Of a stretch of DNA of 64,000 nucleotides, positions 1 through 9,077 are shown one piece after another. Each line of letters begins with the position of its first letter. Position 1 is the first letter of the stretch. Below the pieces are notes generated by a model. The model was not told the DNA's origin, did no database searches, and saw nothing but the letters and a program-made list of their open reading frames with translations. A program made the position numbers and the translations under genes. The stretch comes from a bacterium (lineage in GTDB: Bacteria; UBA8248): assembly GCA_963692865.2 (NCBI GenBank), contig OY843592.1, forward strand, positions 3,488,001 through 3,552,000, written 5' to 3'.

Positions 1-69
1 GGCCGCATGTCTGCGGCTCCTACGGAAAGCAATCCGCTGCCCCCCTTGGCAGGGTTTTTCAACAGCCCC
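1..69. repeat. Right end of a composite repeat cut by the window edge: REP-like half (GGCCGCATGTCTGCGGCTCCTAC) followed by GGGTTTTTCAACAGCCC terminal motif
   Basis: Same order (palindrome ending CCTAC, then TTTTTCAAC) as at 20025-20108 and 62410-62476. Confidence 0.65.
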
Positions 70-138
70 GATGAGGGAGCGATTGCAATCGCGGGCATGG
101 TTCGCCCGTCATGCCGGAACCCTATCGTCCGGCATCCT

Positions 139-278
139 GTAGGGGCGGTTCGCGAACCGCCCTGCTTTCTTAGGTCGAAATTTCCGCGCCTTATCCTGAA
201 ATGCGTGTGCTTTGGGTTGAAAATAGATGACCGATTCCAGGCGAGAGATTGTGTAGGGGCGGACCTATGTGTCCGCCC
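139..278. repeat. Two GTAG-type REP-like palindromes
   Basis: GTAGGGGCGGTTCGCGAACCGCCC from 139 and GTAGGGGCGGACCTATGTGTCCGCCC from 253; GTAG tetranucleotide followed by a GC-rich hairpin. Confidence 0.75.
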
Positions 279-409
279 AATTTTTCGTCATTCCGGTATT
301 TAACCCGACTGAGGATGGGAGATTTTCTGAATCCAGAACTTGGCCAGCTAGGAACCACGCCCGAAAATATGCGACACTCCCGTCCCATGAACACGCAGGG
401 GAAAGAATA

Positions 410-3400
410 ATGTCGGAACAAAACCCGGCGAGCGCGCTTCGCGCATATCGCCGTGAGGTGGAACAGGCGCACGCGACCGGGCAGGCGACCGAGCACAGCT
501 ATCGGCCCGCACTCAAGTCGCTCATCGAGACTTTGGGCGGCGATGGTGTCCTCGCACTGAACGAACCCGCGCACGTCGCCTGCGGCGCGCCTGATTTCAT
601 CGTCGAGCGGAGCGATGTCCCCATAGGCCACATCGAATGCAAGGACGTCGGCCTCAATCTGGATCGCGTCGAAATCGACGATCAGTTGAAGCGCTACCGA
701 AAGGGCCTGCCGAATCTCATACTCACGGATTACCTGGAGTTTCGCTGGTTCGTGGAAGGAGAAATACGCGAAACGGCGCGTTTGGGGCGCATTGACGCCC
801 AAGGCAATATCGCGGTGGACAGGGCAGGCTCTGAAAAGGTCAAGGCGTTGCTCGGCGCATTCTTCGAGGCTGATCCGCCTTCCATCAACAGCCCGCGCGA
901 ACTCGCCGAACGCATGGCGGCCAAGGCGCGCCTGTTGCGGGACGGCATCGGACGCATTCTTGAACGCGGCGATCAGGCGGGTTCGCTGCGTGAATTGCTG
1001 GAGGGCTATCGCAACGTTCTGATCGCCGGTCTCTCGACGGAGGAATTCGCCGATTTACAGGCGCAGACCGCCGCCTACGGTTTGTTCGCGGCGCGCTGCC
1101 TCCACGATTCCCAGGCGGAGCCGTTTACGCGCCAATCCGCCGTGTTCACGGACACGACGCCGTTTTTGCGCGACCTCTTCGGCCGCATTGCCGGTCCCGG
1201 CATCGACCCCCGCCTTGCGTGGATCGTGGACGATCTGGCGTTGTTGCTGAAGCGGGCGGACATGGCGGCGATCCTCGCCGATTTCGGCGGACGAACGCGG
1301 CGGGAAGACCCGGTGGTGCATTTTTACGAGGATTTTCTGGCCGCCTACGATCCGGGGCTGCGCGAGACGCGCGGCGTCTACTATACGCCGGAACCCGTGG
1401 TTTCCTATATCGTGCGGAGTCTGGATCGCCTGCTTCGCGCCCGCTTCGATCTGGCGGACGGACTTGCGGATACCGCAGCAATCACGCTCGAAACGCCCGA
1501 CGGCGGAGGGGCGTCGAGTCCGAGAGTGCTGATTCTCGATCCCTCGGCGGGCACGGGCACCTTCCTGCGAGAAACAGTCGCCACGATTCGCCGAACGATT
1601 GAGGAGAAAGGACTGATCGGCGCCTGGCCCGATTACGTTCGGAAACATCTTTTGGAGAGGTTGTTCGGCTTCGAGTTGCTGATGGCTCCCTATGCGATCT
1701 GCCATCTCAAGCTCGCGCTCGAAATCGGCGGCGCGGACGCCGGGTTCAGAATGCCGGACGGCCAGCGTCTCGGCATCTTCCTCACCAACACGCTGGAAGA
1801 GGCGCACGAGAGAACCAGCGACCCGTTGTTCGCTTCCGAGATATTGCGCGAGGCGGCCAGCGCGGACGCCGTGAAGCGCGAGAAGCCCGTGATGGTGGTG
1901 CTCGGCAATCCTCCCTATTCCGGCCACTCCGCCAACAAGGGAGCGTGGATCAGGGCCTTGTTACGGGGAGACGGAGCCGGAGCGGCCGGCAGTTATTTCC
2001 ATATTGATCGGCAATCAATCGGCGAAAGGAATCCCAAGTGGCTGAACGATGATTACGTCAAGTTCATCCGCTTTGCGCAGTGGCGGATAGAGCGCACCGG
2101 CGAGGGCGTTCTCGGCTTTGTTACAAATCACGCCTATCTCGATAATCCAACTTTTCGGGGAATGCGCCGCAGTTTGATGGAAACTTTCGATGAGATATAC
2201 CTGCTCGACCTGCACGGCAACGCCAAGAAGAGAGAAAAGGCGCCGGATGGTGGGAAGGACGAGAACGTGTTCGACATTCAGCAGGGCGTCGCCATCGGTC
2301 TTTTCGTCAAGCAGGGTGAAACTGCCGACACTCCGGCGCGGGTATTTCATACCGATCTTTGGGGCGCGCGGGAAGCCGGGCCGGACGGTGGCAAATACGG
2401 CTGGCTGGCCGCCAACGACGTCGAAAGCACCAAATGGACGGAGCTCTCGCCCAAATCGCCTCTTTACCTTTTCATTCCGCGCAACGAAGAACTGGCCGGG
2501 GAATACGAGAAGGGCCATAAACTCACCGCAATTTTTCCCGTCAATTCCGTCGGAATCGTAACGGCGCGCGACAGGCTGGCGATTCAGTGGACGGCGGACG
2601 ATATGTGTCGGGTCGCCGAGGACTTCGTTTCGCGTGATGCCGAAGATGCAAGAAACATTTTTGCGCTCGGCAAGGATTCCAAAGATTGGAAAGTCGTAGA
2701 TGCACAACAGGACATACGAGACCATTCCGAAGTGGATCAGCGGACCACGCCCGTACTATATCGACCATTCGATACTCGGTTCACTTATTACACTGGTCGG
2801 GCTGGCGGCTTCATTTGCCGTCCTCGTCCAAATGTCATGCAGCACATGCTGGCCGGGCCGAATTTGGGTCTCTCAAGTACCAGATCGACTGAAATAGCCG
2901 GGGGCTGGGAACACGTTTTTATCTCACGAACTATTACTCAACATCACACGGTATCGCTGAAAGAAGTAAATTATCTCTTTCCTCTCTACCTCTACCCGCG
3001 GGAAACCCCATCGGATGCCGGTCAGGCGCGTGAGCCGAATATCGACAGGGAGTTTGCCAAGGCAGTCGCTTCCGCCGTCGGCCTCGAATTCGTCTCCGAG
3101 AACAAGGGCGATCTCGCGGCCACATTCGGGCCGGAGGATTTGTTTCACTACATCTACGCCGTGCTTCACAGTCCCGAATACCGCCGCCGCTATGCGGATT
3201 TTCTGAAATCGGATTTTCCAAGGGTTTCATTCACAACAGACCGCGCGCTCTTCGCCGCTCTCGCCGGCATCGGCGCGCGCCTCGCCGCCCTTCACCTGAT
3301 GGAAGCCGATGCAGGCGATAAGCCCGCCTTTCCGCGCTCAGGCGACAACCGGGTGGATAAAGTGCGCTATGCGCCGCCTTCCAAGGACGCGCCGGGCCGT

Positions 3401-3634
3401 GTGTGGATCAACGACGCGCAGTATTTCGAGGGCGTGTCGCCGGAAACTTGGGCCTTTACCATCGGCGGCTACCGCCCGGCGGAGAAGTGGCTGAAAGACC
3501 GCAAGAACCGCGTCCTTTCATACGACGAAATCGCCCATTACGCGCGAATCTGCGCGGTCTTGGCCGAAACGCCCAGGGTCATGGTCCGCATCGACGAAAC
3601 GATTGAGGCGCACGGCGGCTGGCCGCTCGCTTGA
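410..3634 (+). CDS. Fused restriction endonuclease / N6-adenine methyltransferase (Type IIG-like, with Type ISP-like C-terminal specificity domain)
   Basis: N-terminal PD-(D/E)xK-like PDF...IECK; GVYYTP; SAM motif I ILDPSAGTGTF; catalytic GNPPY; C-terminal YRPFD, DFPRV, IGGY..AEKWLKDRK. ATG at 410 after a purine-rich RBS-like stretch preferred over the ORF start at 269. Confidence 0.88.
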   Translation: MSEQNPASALRAYRREVEQAHATGQATEHSYRPALKSLIETLGGDGVLALNEPAHVACGAPDFIVERSDVPIGHIECKDVGLNLDRVEIDDQLKRYRKGLPNLILTDYLEFRWFVEGEIRETARLGRIDAQGNIAVDRAGSEKVKALLGAFFEADPPSINSPRELAERMAAKARLLRDGIGRILERGDQAGSLRELLEGYRNVLIAGLSTEEFADLQAQTAAYGLFAARCLHDSQAEPFTRQSAVFTDTTPFLRDLFGRIAGPGIDPRLAWIVDDLALLLKRADMAAILADFGGRTRREDPVVHFYEDFLAAYDPGLRETRGVYYTPEPVVSYIVRSLDRLLRARFDLADGLADTAAITLETPDGGGASSPRVLILDPSAGTGTFLRETVATIRRTIEEKGLIGAWPDYVRKHLLERLFGFELLMAPYAICHLKLALEIGGADAGFRMPDGQRLGIFLTNTLEEAHERTSDPLFASEILREAASADAVKREKPVMVVLGNPPYSGHSANKGAWIRALLRGDGAGAAGSYFHIDRQSIGERNPKWLNDDYVKFIRFAQWRIERTGEGVLGFVTNHAYLDNPTFRGMRRSLMETFDEIYLLDLHGNAKKREKAPDGGKDENVFDIQQGVAIGLFVKQGETADTPARVFHTDLWGAREAGPDGGKYGWLAANDVESTKWTELSPKSPLYLFIPRNEELAGEYEKGHKLTAIFPVNSVGIVTARDRLAIQWTADDMCRVAEDFVSRDAEDARNIFALGKDSKDWKVVDAQQDIRDHSEVDQRTTPVLYRPFDTRFTYYTGRAGGFICRPRPNVMQHMLAGPNLGLSSTRSTEIAGGWEHVFISRTITQHHTVSLKEVNYLFPLYLYPRETPSDAGQAREPNIDREFAKAVASAVGLEFVSENKGDLAATFGPEDLFHYIYAVLHSPEYRRRYADFLKSDFPRVSFTTDRALFAALAGIGARLAALHLMEADAGDKPAFPRSGDNRVDKVRYAPPSKDAPGRVWINDAQYFEGVSPETWAFTIGGYRPAEKWLKDRKNRVLSYDEIAHYARICAVLAETPRVMVRIDETIEAHGGWPLA

Positions 3635-3742
3635 GTCGCGCCTCGCCTGGATGAACGCGCCCGCCGTTATAGTCGTTATCAATCAACACGCATTCGGCTT
3701 GCGCCCGAAAAGCCCTCAATCCGCTCATCGAAAACGATGCGG

Positions 3743-4408
3743 TCAATCGACTCCCATCGATGCCAGAAATCGTATCTTGTCCCGAAAATAACAAAAACTG
3801 GGCGATTCGTTCTTTTCTATATCCATGACCGGCGAAATGTTATCGGCCCATTTCGACTTTTCCATTCCTACGGCCTGCCATCCATTTTTCTGTAAAGCGA
3901 CTACTCCGCCGGGATAAACGGCGTCGGCCAGGGTTTCCCAAGTGCCGCAAATCGAATCCTTCACATAGTTATCGAGTATCGTCTTTTTGGCATTTGGGTA
4001 GGCCCGCATGACCGCCGCAAGATCGCCTAGTAACCAAGCCTCTCCTTCTTCTATTGCAAAGCAGAAATTGGTTTTCGGTTTCGGGTGAATGGCGTTCAAA
4101 AGATTGATAAGCTCGGCGCGAAATTCCTTGTGGCACTTGTCGTCGAGATCACAGACAAAGATCAGCGCAGCGGAATATCCGGGCGGATGATTAGAGAATG
4201 TCCGCCCATACGCTCTCAGCAGACGAGGAAGTTGATCGAGCAGGATGCGTTTCCAAGGATCAGTCTTTGGCACAAGGCCTTTGGGGAGTCGCCCGATACC
4301 CTTGTAAAAGATGACTTTGCAGGTATGTTCGTCTCCAATGATTTTAGGAACGATGACATCCAGCATTCTTTTGCCTGATTGGTCCTCGACCAGAATTTCA
4401 AAGTGCAC
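3743..4408 (-). CDS. DUF4276-like / TOPRIM-like protein, partner of the upstream ATPase
   Basis: GTG start 4 nt after the ATPase stop; ILVED (TOPRIM-like Glu), CDLDD (DxD), IEEGEAWLLGD, C-terminal NESPSF. Confidence 0.72.
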   Translation of the reverse strand: MHFEILVEDQSGKRMLDVIVPKIIGDEHTCKVIFYKGIGRLPKGLVPKTDPWKRILLDQLPRLLRAYGRTFSNHPPGYSAALIFVCDLDDKCHKEFRAELINLLNAIHPKPKTNFCFAIEEGEAWLLGDLAAVMRAYPNAKKTILDNYVKDSICGTWETLADAVYPGGVVALQKNGWQAVGMEKSKWADNISPVMDIEKNESPSFCYFRDKIRFLASMGVD

Positions 4409-4412
4409 CCGA

Positions 4413-5684
4413 TTACTTTCCGTCCAAATAGTCGCTGTACCACAGCCCCCCCAAAGGAAGCCCTTCGGCAACCAGATTCGTTATCGCCTCATCTTCGCTG
4501 GCGCGCCTTACCTTTGCGAAACCATCGTCACCTTTTTCGAGTATCCAGACTTCCTCGGGGTCGAGAGCATCGACAAAATATGGCTGATGCGTGGTGATGA
4601 AAACCTGCGACCCGCCTCCTTTTCCGGTAGCATGAGCGCGAAATTCTTGAGCCAGCGTCTCGAGTAATTTGTGGTACAAGCCGTTTTCCGGTTCCTCGAT
4701 ACACAAGAACGGCGGTGGCGAGGGATCTTCGAGCAATAGAAGATATGCGAAAACCTTCAACGTCCCATCCGACATTTGCTGGGCGTAGAATGGATCCTCA
4801 AACCCCTTGTCGTTGAACCGCAGCAGCAAACGGCCGTCGGGCGTTCGTTCGGTGTCGATTTGATCTACTCCCGGAATCTTCTCCGCTATGCGCGTCAAAA
4901 TAGACTGAAATCGTTTGGGGTGCTCCCTCTGCATGAATTGGACGACGTTTCCAAGGTTATCGCCATGAATGTTCAGGTGCTTTTGGGGACCGGCGAGCGG
5001 CAGATCCCGAGCCGCGTCCGGAGTGAAATAGCTTAAATACCAATCCTCAATGAAACGCCGAAAGGCTGCGATTCGAGGATGCTGCTTCAACGAACCCAGC
5101 GTCGCTATGCCGAGATGGCCGGCGTCATCGAGTTCGACGGCTTCTTGTTCCGGCGATTCACTCAACTCCGTATCCGGAATCTGTGTTCCTGAGATGTCAT
5201 CGTCATCATTGATGGTATTAAGAGCCTCTTCGCCCTTCCAGGCGACGCCTCGGCCACCTTCGAGACGCAAGAACGAGAAAGGACGACCGCGCCCTTGCCC
5301 CTTACGTCTTTGCCGGAGGCGCTCGCTTGAGACGAATGGCCGCCCTTGTTGCTCGTCAATGGACAATTCGTAGGTAATCGGGCGGGAGTTGCCTTGCTGT
5401 CGATAATATATTTCGAACCGAATCGGGTCGGTTAGCCCTTGCGTGCGAAGGCGTTGAAATCCTCCGCGCCCACGGGAATCGCACGCTTCCTCGACACCGG
5501 ATTTCAACGCATCGGCCAGAAAACCCAAAGCATCGAAGATGGTGCTTTTCCCGACGCCGTTCTTGCCGATGACCGCCGTCATGGGCGTTAAGGGATCGAT
5601 TTGCTGAGTATTCCAGAGCTTGCCGAGCGTTACGTCTTTGAGAACGCGATAATTTTCGATGCGAAATCCTTCAATTGTCGCCAT
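4413..5684 (-). CDS. ABC-type (AAA_21 / RecF-SMC-like) ATPase
   Basis: N-terminal FRIENYR strand, Walker A GKNGVGKS, signature MSDGTL, Walker B CIEEPENGL, H-loop ITTHQP. Confidence 0.88.
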   Translation of the reverse strand: MATIEGFRIENYRVLKDVTLGKLWNTQQIDPLTPMTAVIGKNGVGKSTIFDALGFLADALKSGVEEACDSRGRGGFQRLRTQGLTDPIRFEIYYRQQGNSRPITYELSIDEQQGRPFVSSERLRQRRKGQGRGRPFSFLRLEGGRGVAWKGEEALNTINDDDDISGTQIPDTELSESPEQEAVELDDAGHLGIATLGSLKQHPRIAAFRRFIEDWYLSYFTPDAARDLPLAGPQKHLNIHGDNLGNVVQFMQREHPKRFQSILTRIAEKIPGVDQIDTERTPDGRLLLRFNDKGFEDPFYAQQMSDGTLKVFAYLLLLEDPSPPPFLCIEEPENGLYHKLLETLAQEFRAHATGKGGGSQVFITTHQPYFVDALDPEEVWILEKGDDGFAKVRRASEDEAITNLVAEGLPLGGLWYSDYLDGK

Positions 5685-5948
5685 GACAACAGTCTCCGCC
5701 TCCGAAAAAAATCGCACCCTTTATTATTGCTTGCCCTGAATCCTGGCCTGGCGAATCGGTGCTTTCGCCCTATCGGAACTAAATCATCGCTCACGACTCG
5801 GCCATAGTCTCATATCAGAACGATGCATAGAATAGCCGGTATCGCCTCACACAGGATTCCGAAACCTCTATAAGTTTCCAAGGCGAGGCCAACCCTCTCT
5901 TTTACGGCCTGCAACAAACAGCTATCGCACTTCCCGAACCGCCCCCCC

Positions 5949-6929
5949 CTACACACTCACCCCCAGCGCCTTCTTCGCGGCGTCGACGACGTTGGTTGTG
6001 TTGGGGAGAACGAAGTCCTCGAGGCGGGGCTCGAAGGGGATGGGCGCGTCGAGGGCGGCCACGCGGCCGATGGGGGCGTCGAGGTAGTCGAAGGCTTCCT
6101 CCTGGACGGCGGCGGATATCTCCGAACCCACGCCGCTCCTGAGATGGCCTTCCTCGACGATGATGCAGCGGTTCGTCTTGCGGACCGATTCGGCGAGCGT
6201 CTCGGTGTCCAGCGGGGCCAGGGTTCTCGGGTCGACCACTTCGGCGCTGACGCCCTCCTTGGCGAGTTCATCCGCCGCCGCCAGGCAGTTGTGCACCTGG
6301 TAGCCCACGCCGATGAGGGTGATGTCGGCGCCCTCGCGCTTCACGTCCGCCTGCCCGAAGGGGGTTACGTGCTCGCCCTCGGGAACGGGGCCCTTCATCT
6401 TGTAGAGCATCTTGTGCTCCACCATGAGCACGGGGTTGTCGTCCCGGATCGCCGCGCACATGAGTCCTTTCGCATCCGCGGGGTCGCTCGGCGCCGCCAC
6501 CTTGATGCCCGGAATCTGCATGAACCAGGCCTCCAGGCACTGGCTGTGCGTGGGGCCGTACTGCACGCCGCCGCCGCCGGGGGTGCGCACGACCAGGGGC
6601 ACGCTCAACTGCCCGCCCAGCATGTAGCGCAGCTTGGCCGCCTGGTTGATGAGCGGGTCCATCGCCAGCATGATGAAGTCCATGAACATGATCTCGACGA
6701 TGGGCCGGTAGCCCGCCATGGCGGCGCCCACGCCGGCGCCCACGATGCCGAGCTCGCTTATGGGCGTGTCGCGCACGCGGTCGCGCCCGAACTTCTCCGC
6801 GAGTCCCTTCGTCACGCCGAAGACGTAGGCCAACTCCACGTCCTCGCCCATGACGATCACGCGCTCATCCCTCTCCATCTCCTCGTGATGGGCTTCGGTC
6901 AACGCATCCACAAAAGTGATCTCTCGCAT
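5949..6929 (-). CDS. TPP-dependent 2-oxoacid/acetoin dehydrogenase E1 beta subunit
   Basis: MGEDV, DTPISE, EIMFMDF, HSQCLEAWF, DPRTLAPLD, LDAPIGRV motifs. Confidence 0.92.
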   Translation of the reverse strand: MREITFVDALTEAHHEEMERDERVIVMGEDVELAYVFGVTKGLAEKFGRDRVRDTPISELGIVGAGVGAAMAGYRPIVEIMFMDFIMLAMDPLINQAAKLRYMLGGQLSVPLVVRTPGGGGVQYGPTHSQCLEAWFMQIPGIKVAAPSDPADAKGLMCAAIRDDNPVLMVEHKMLYKMKGPVPEGEHVTPFGQADVKREGADITLIGVGYQVHNCLAAADELAKEGVSAEVVDPRTLAPLDTETLAESVRKTNRCIIVEEGHLRSGVGSEISAAVQEEAFDYLDAPIGRVAALDAPIPFEPRLEDFVLPNTTNVVDAAKKALGVSV

Positions 6930-7078
6930 GTCGCCTCTCTCCAGTGTTTTTATTCAAGCGCACCGCGCCGGGGGACGGGGTTTTCCAGAGAAATTATATA
7001 CTTCTGTCGACAACTCCTTTTTGGCCGGTCAATTCACAATTCCTTCTCGAAAACAACTATCTGCCGCCCGGGCTTTTT

Positions 7079-7424
7079 TCACTCCCCCCTTGCAGAGCGC
7101 CAACCGACCACTCTCCACTTTCCGGGACTGGCCTCCATGCCTGTTCTGCTACGCAAAACGCGATGGCATTGTAGGGGCCGCATATTATGCGGCCCTGCCT
7201 TTTCGCCCTCACAACACGGGTCGCATGATATGCGACCCCTACACTCCGAATACGGGATGATGAAACACGGCGCTCGCTCCCAGGGTCGGGTTTTTCAACG
7301 ACCGCATAATATGCGTGGGGCGCTCCCAAGGAGGGAGCGCCACCTACAAAAACCGCTCCCTCCCCAGTCGCGTCATATCCTCGTTAATCATCACTTTTCC
7401 AACACTCCCTCAAGGGGGGAGTGA
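7079..7424. mobile_element. MITE-like element with 14-bp inverted ends enclosing REP-like palindromes
   Basis: TCACTCCCCCCTTG (7079-7092) and its exact reverse complement CAAGGGGGGAGTGA (7411-7424); same family as 8803-9006. Confidence 0.65.
7171..7242. repeat. REP doublet (inverted pair of GTAG palindromes)
   Basis: GTAGGGGCCGCATATTATGCGGCCC ... GGGTCGCATGATATGCGACCCCTAC; near-identical arms at 8462-8531. Confidence 0.85.
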
Positions 7425-7441
7425 TTCCATCATTCCCTTCC

Positions 7442-8431
7442 CTAGGCGTATACGTCTTCGAGCGCGGATTCGAGCGTGGCCTCGGGGCTTCCCTCCGCAA
7501 ACGCGATGGCGTCGTTCAATTCCTCGTCCACGGCTTTCAGGTGCGCCTTTTTCTGCGCTTCGGTCAATTTCAGCATATCCGCCGCGATCGTCAGCGGGTC
7601 GCGCTTTCTCCACTCGTCCACCTCTTCCTTCGTGCGGTAGGGGCCGAACTGGGGGTCGCCGCGCGAGTGGCCGAAGAAGCGGTAGGTCTTCGCCTCGATG
7701 AGGCTGGGGCCGCCGCCCTCGCGCGCGCGGCGCACGGCCTCGGCCGTCGCCTCGTAGACGGCCACCACGTCCATGCCGTCCACCGTGAGGCCCGGCGCGT
7801 TGTAGCCCTGCGCGCGCACGCTGATGTCCCTGACGGCCGTTGAGCGCTCCACGTGGTAGCTCACCGCGTAGTGGTTGTTCTCGCAGAAGAAGACGACCGG
7901 CAGCTTCCAGATGGCGCACAGGTTCATCGACTCATGGAAGCTGCCCTGGTTGGACGCCCCGTCGCCGAAAAAGACCACCGCCACGCGGCCCGCGCCTTCA
8001 AGCTGGTAGGCGAGGCCCATGCCCGTGGCCATCGGCATGTTCGCCCCCACGATGGAGTGCGCGCCGTAGTGGCCCTTGGAGATGTCGGCGATGTGCATGG
8101 AGCCGCCCCGCGCCTTGCAGAGGCCGGTGGACTTGCCGAGCAACTCCGCCATCATCTCGGGCATCCGGGTGCCCTTGGCGATGGAGTGCCCGTGGCCCCG
8201 GTGGGTGGTCAGGATGGCGTCTTCGTCGTTCAGTGCCGCGCAGACGCCGACCGAGCACGCCTCCTGCCCGATGCTCACGTGAACCGCCCCCTTCACCCGG
8301 CCCGCCATGAAGAACTCGTCCGTCTTCTCCTCGAAGCGGCGGATGCGCAGCATGTTGCGGTACATCGCGTTCAGGTCCTTTTTCGTCAACCTCTTCGGCT
8401 TCGCCGACCTTCGCTTCGCCCTGGTGGCCAC
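7442..8431 (-). CDS. TPP-dependent 2-oxoacid/acetoin dehydrogenase E1 alpha subunit
   Basis: GQEA, HRGHGH, GGSMH, TPP motif FGDGASNQG...CENN, TYRFFGHS. Confidence 0.93.
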   Translation of the reverse strand: MATRAKRRSAKPKRLTKKDLNAMYRNMLRIRRFEEKTDEFFMAGRVKGAVHVSIGQEACSVGVCAALNDEDAILTTHRGHGHSIAKGTRMPEMMAELLGKSTGLCKARGGSMHIADISKGHYGAHSIVGANMPMATGMGLAYQLEGAGRVAVVFFGDGASNQGSFHESMNLCAIWKLPVVFFCENNHYAVSYHVERSTAVRDISVRAQGYNAPGLTVDGMDVVAVYEATAEAVRRAREGGGPSLIEAKTYRFFGHSRGDPQFGPYRTKEEVDEWRKRDPLTIAADMLKLTEAQKKAHLKAVDEELNDAIAFAEGSPEATLESALEDVYA

Positions 8432-8461
8432 GGCCTCCTCCTTGAGGGTTTGATTTGTTCC

Positions 8462-8531
8462 GTAGGGGCCGCATATTATGCGGCCCGCCTTGTGGGGGCG
8501 AAAATCAGGGTCGCATGTATGCGACCCCTAC
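8462..8531. repeat. REP doublet, second copy
   Basis: GTAGGGGCCGCATATTATGCGGCCC ... GGGTCGCATGTATGCGACCCCTAC with a spacer different from the 7171 copy. Confidence 0.85.
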
Positions 8532-8802
8532 TACGTTCACCTCCTCACTCCTCGCTCGCAGCAATCGCTCCCGCATCGGCCGCGAGAATTCCTCCTTCAT
8601 CAGTCGGAACCCACCCATTCTCTTCAAGTCATATATATGATTCCGTATTTCAGGCTTTTATGAGTATCACATGGCGCGGTGGCGGTTCAATCGGCGCGGT
8701 GGGGGGTCGTTGGAAAAGTCCTGGGAAGCGATTTTGGGTTGCGCGCATGCTTTTGAAGTTCACTCCCCCCTTGAGGGTCATCTCATCACTCGCGAGATAA
8801 AC

Positions 8803-9006
8803 AATCACTCCCCCCTTGAGGGGGAGTCGAAGAGCTAAGGGCGAATGCCCGAAAGCGATTCGGTGGGGGGAGAATTCCGACTGATGAAAGAGGGATTCCT
8901 ACGACCAAGGACAAAGGATTTCCTATAAGAAAAAGTTCCCCCCACCACATCGGCCTTCGTCCATAGGACTCGGCCTCTGTGACTCCCCCTCAAGGGGGGA
9001 GTGATT
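8803..9006. mobile_element. 204-bp MITE-like element with perfect 26-bp terminal inverted repeats
   Basis: AATCACTCCCCCCTTGAGGGGGAGTC (8803-8828) and GACTCCCCCTCAAGGGGGGAGTGATT (8981-9006); each end is itself a hairpin; a partial extra left end lies at 8761-8777. Confidence 0.8.
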
Positions 9007-9077
9007 CTTGCTCATTCATCGGTCGCGTAAAACCTTCGTTCATAGGCACTTTCTAAACACCTCCGCTGAGCGTGCCG

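Noticed and set aside
269-409. 47-aa N-terminal extension of the RM protein
   Set aside because: Starts inside a REP palindrome; ATG 410 has an RBS-like sequence and begins the recognisable domain.
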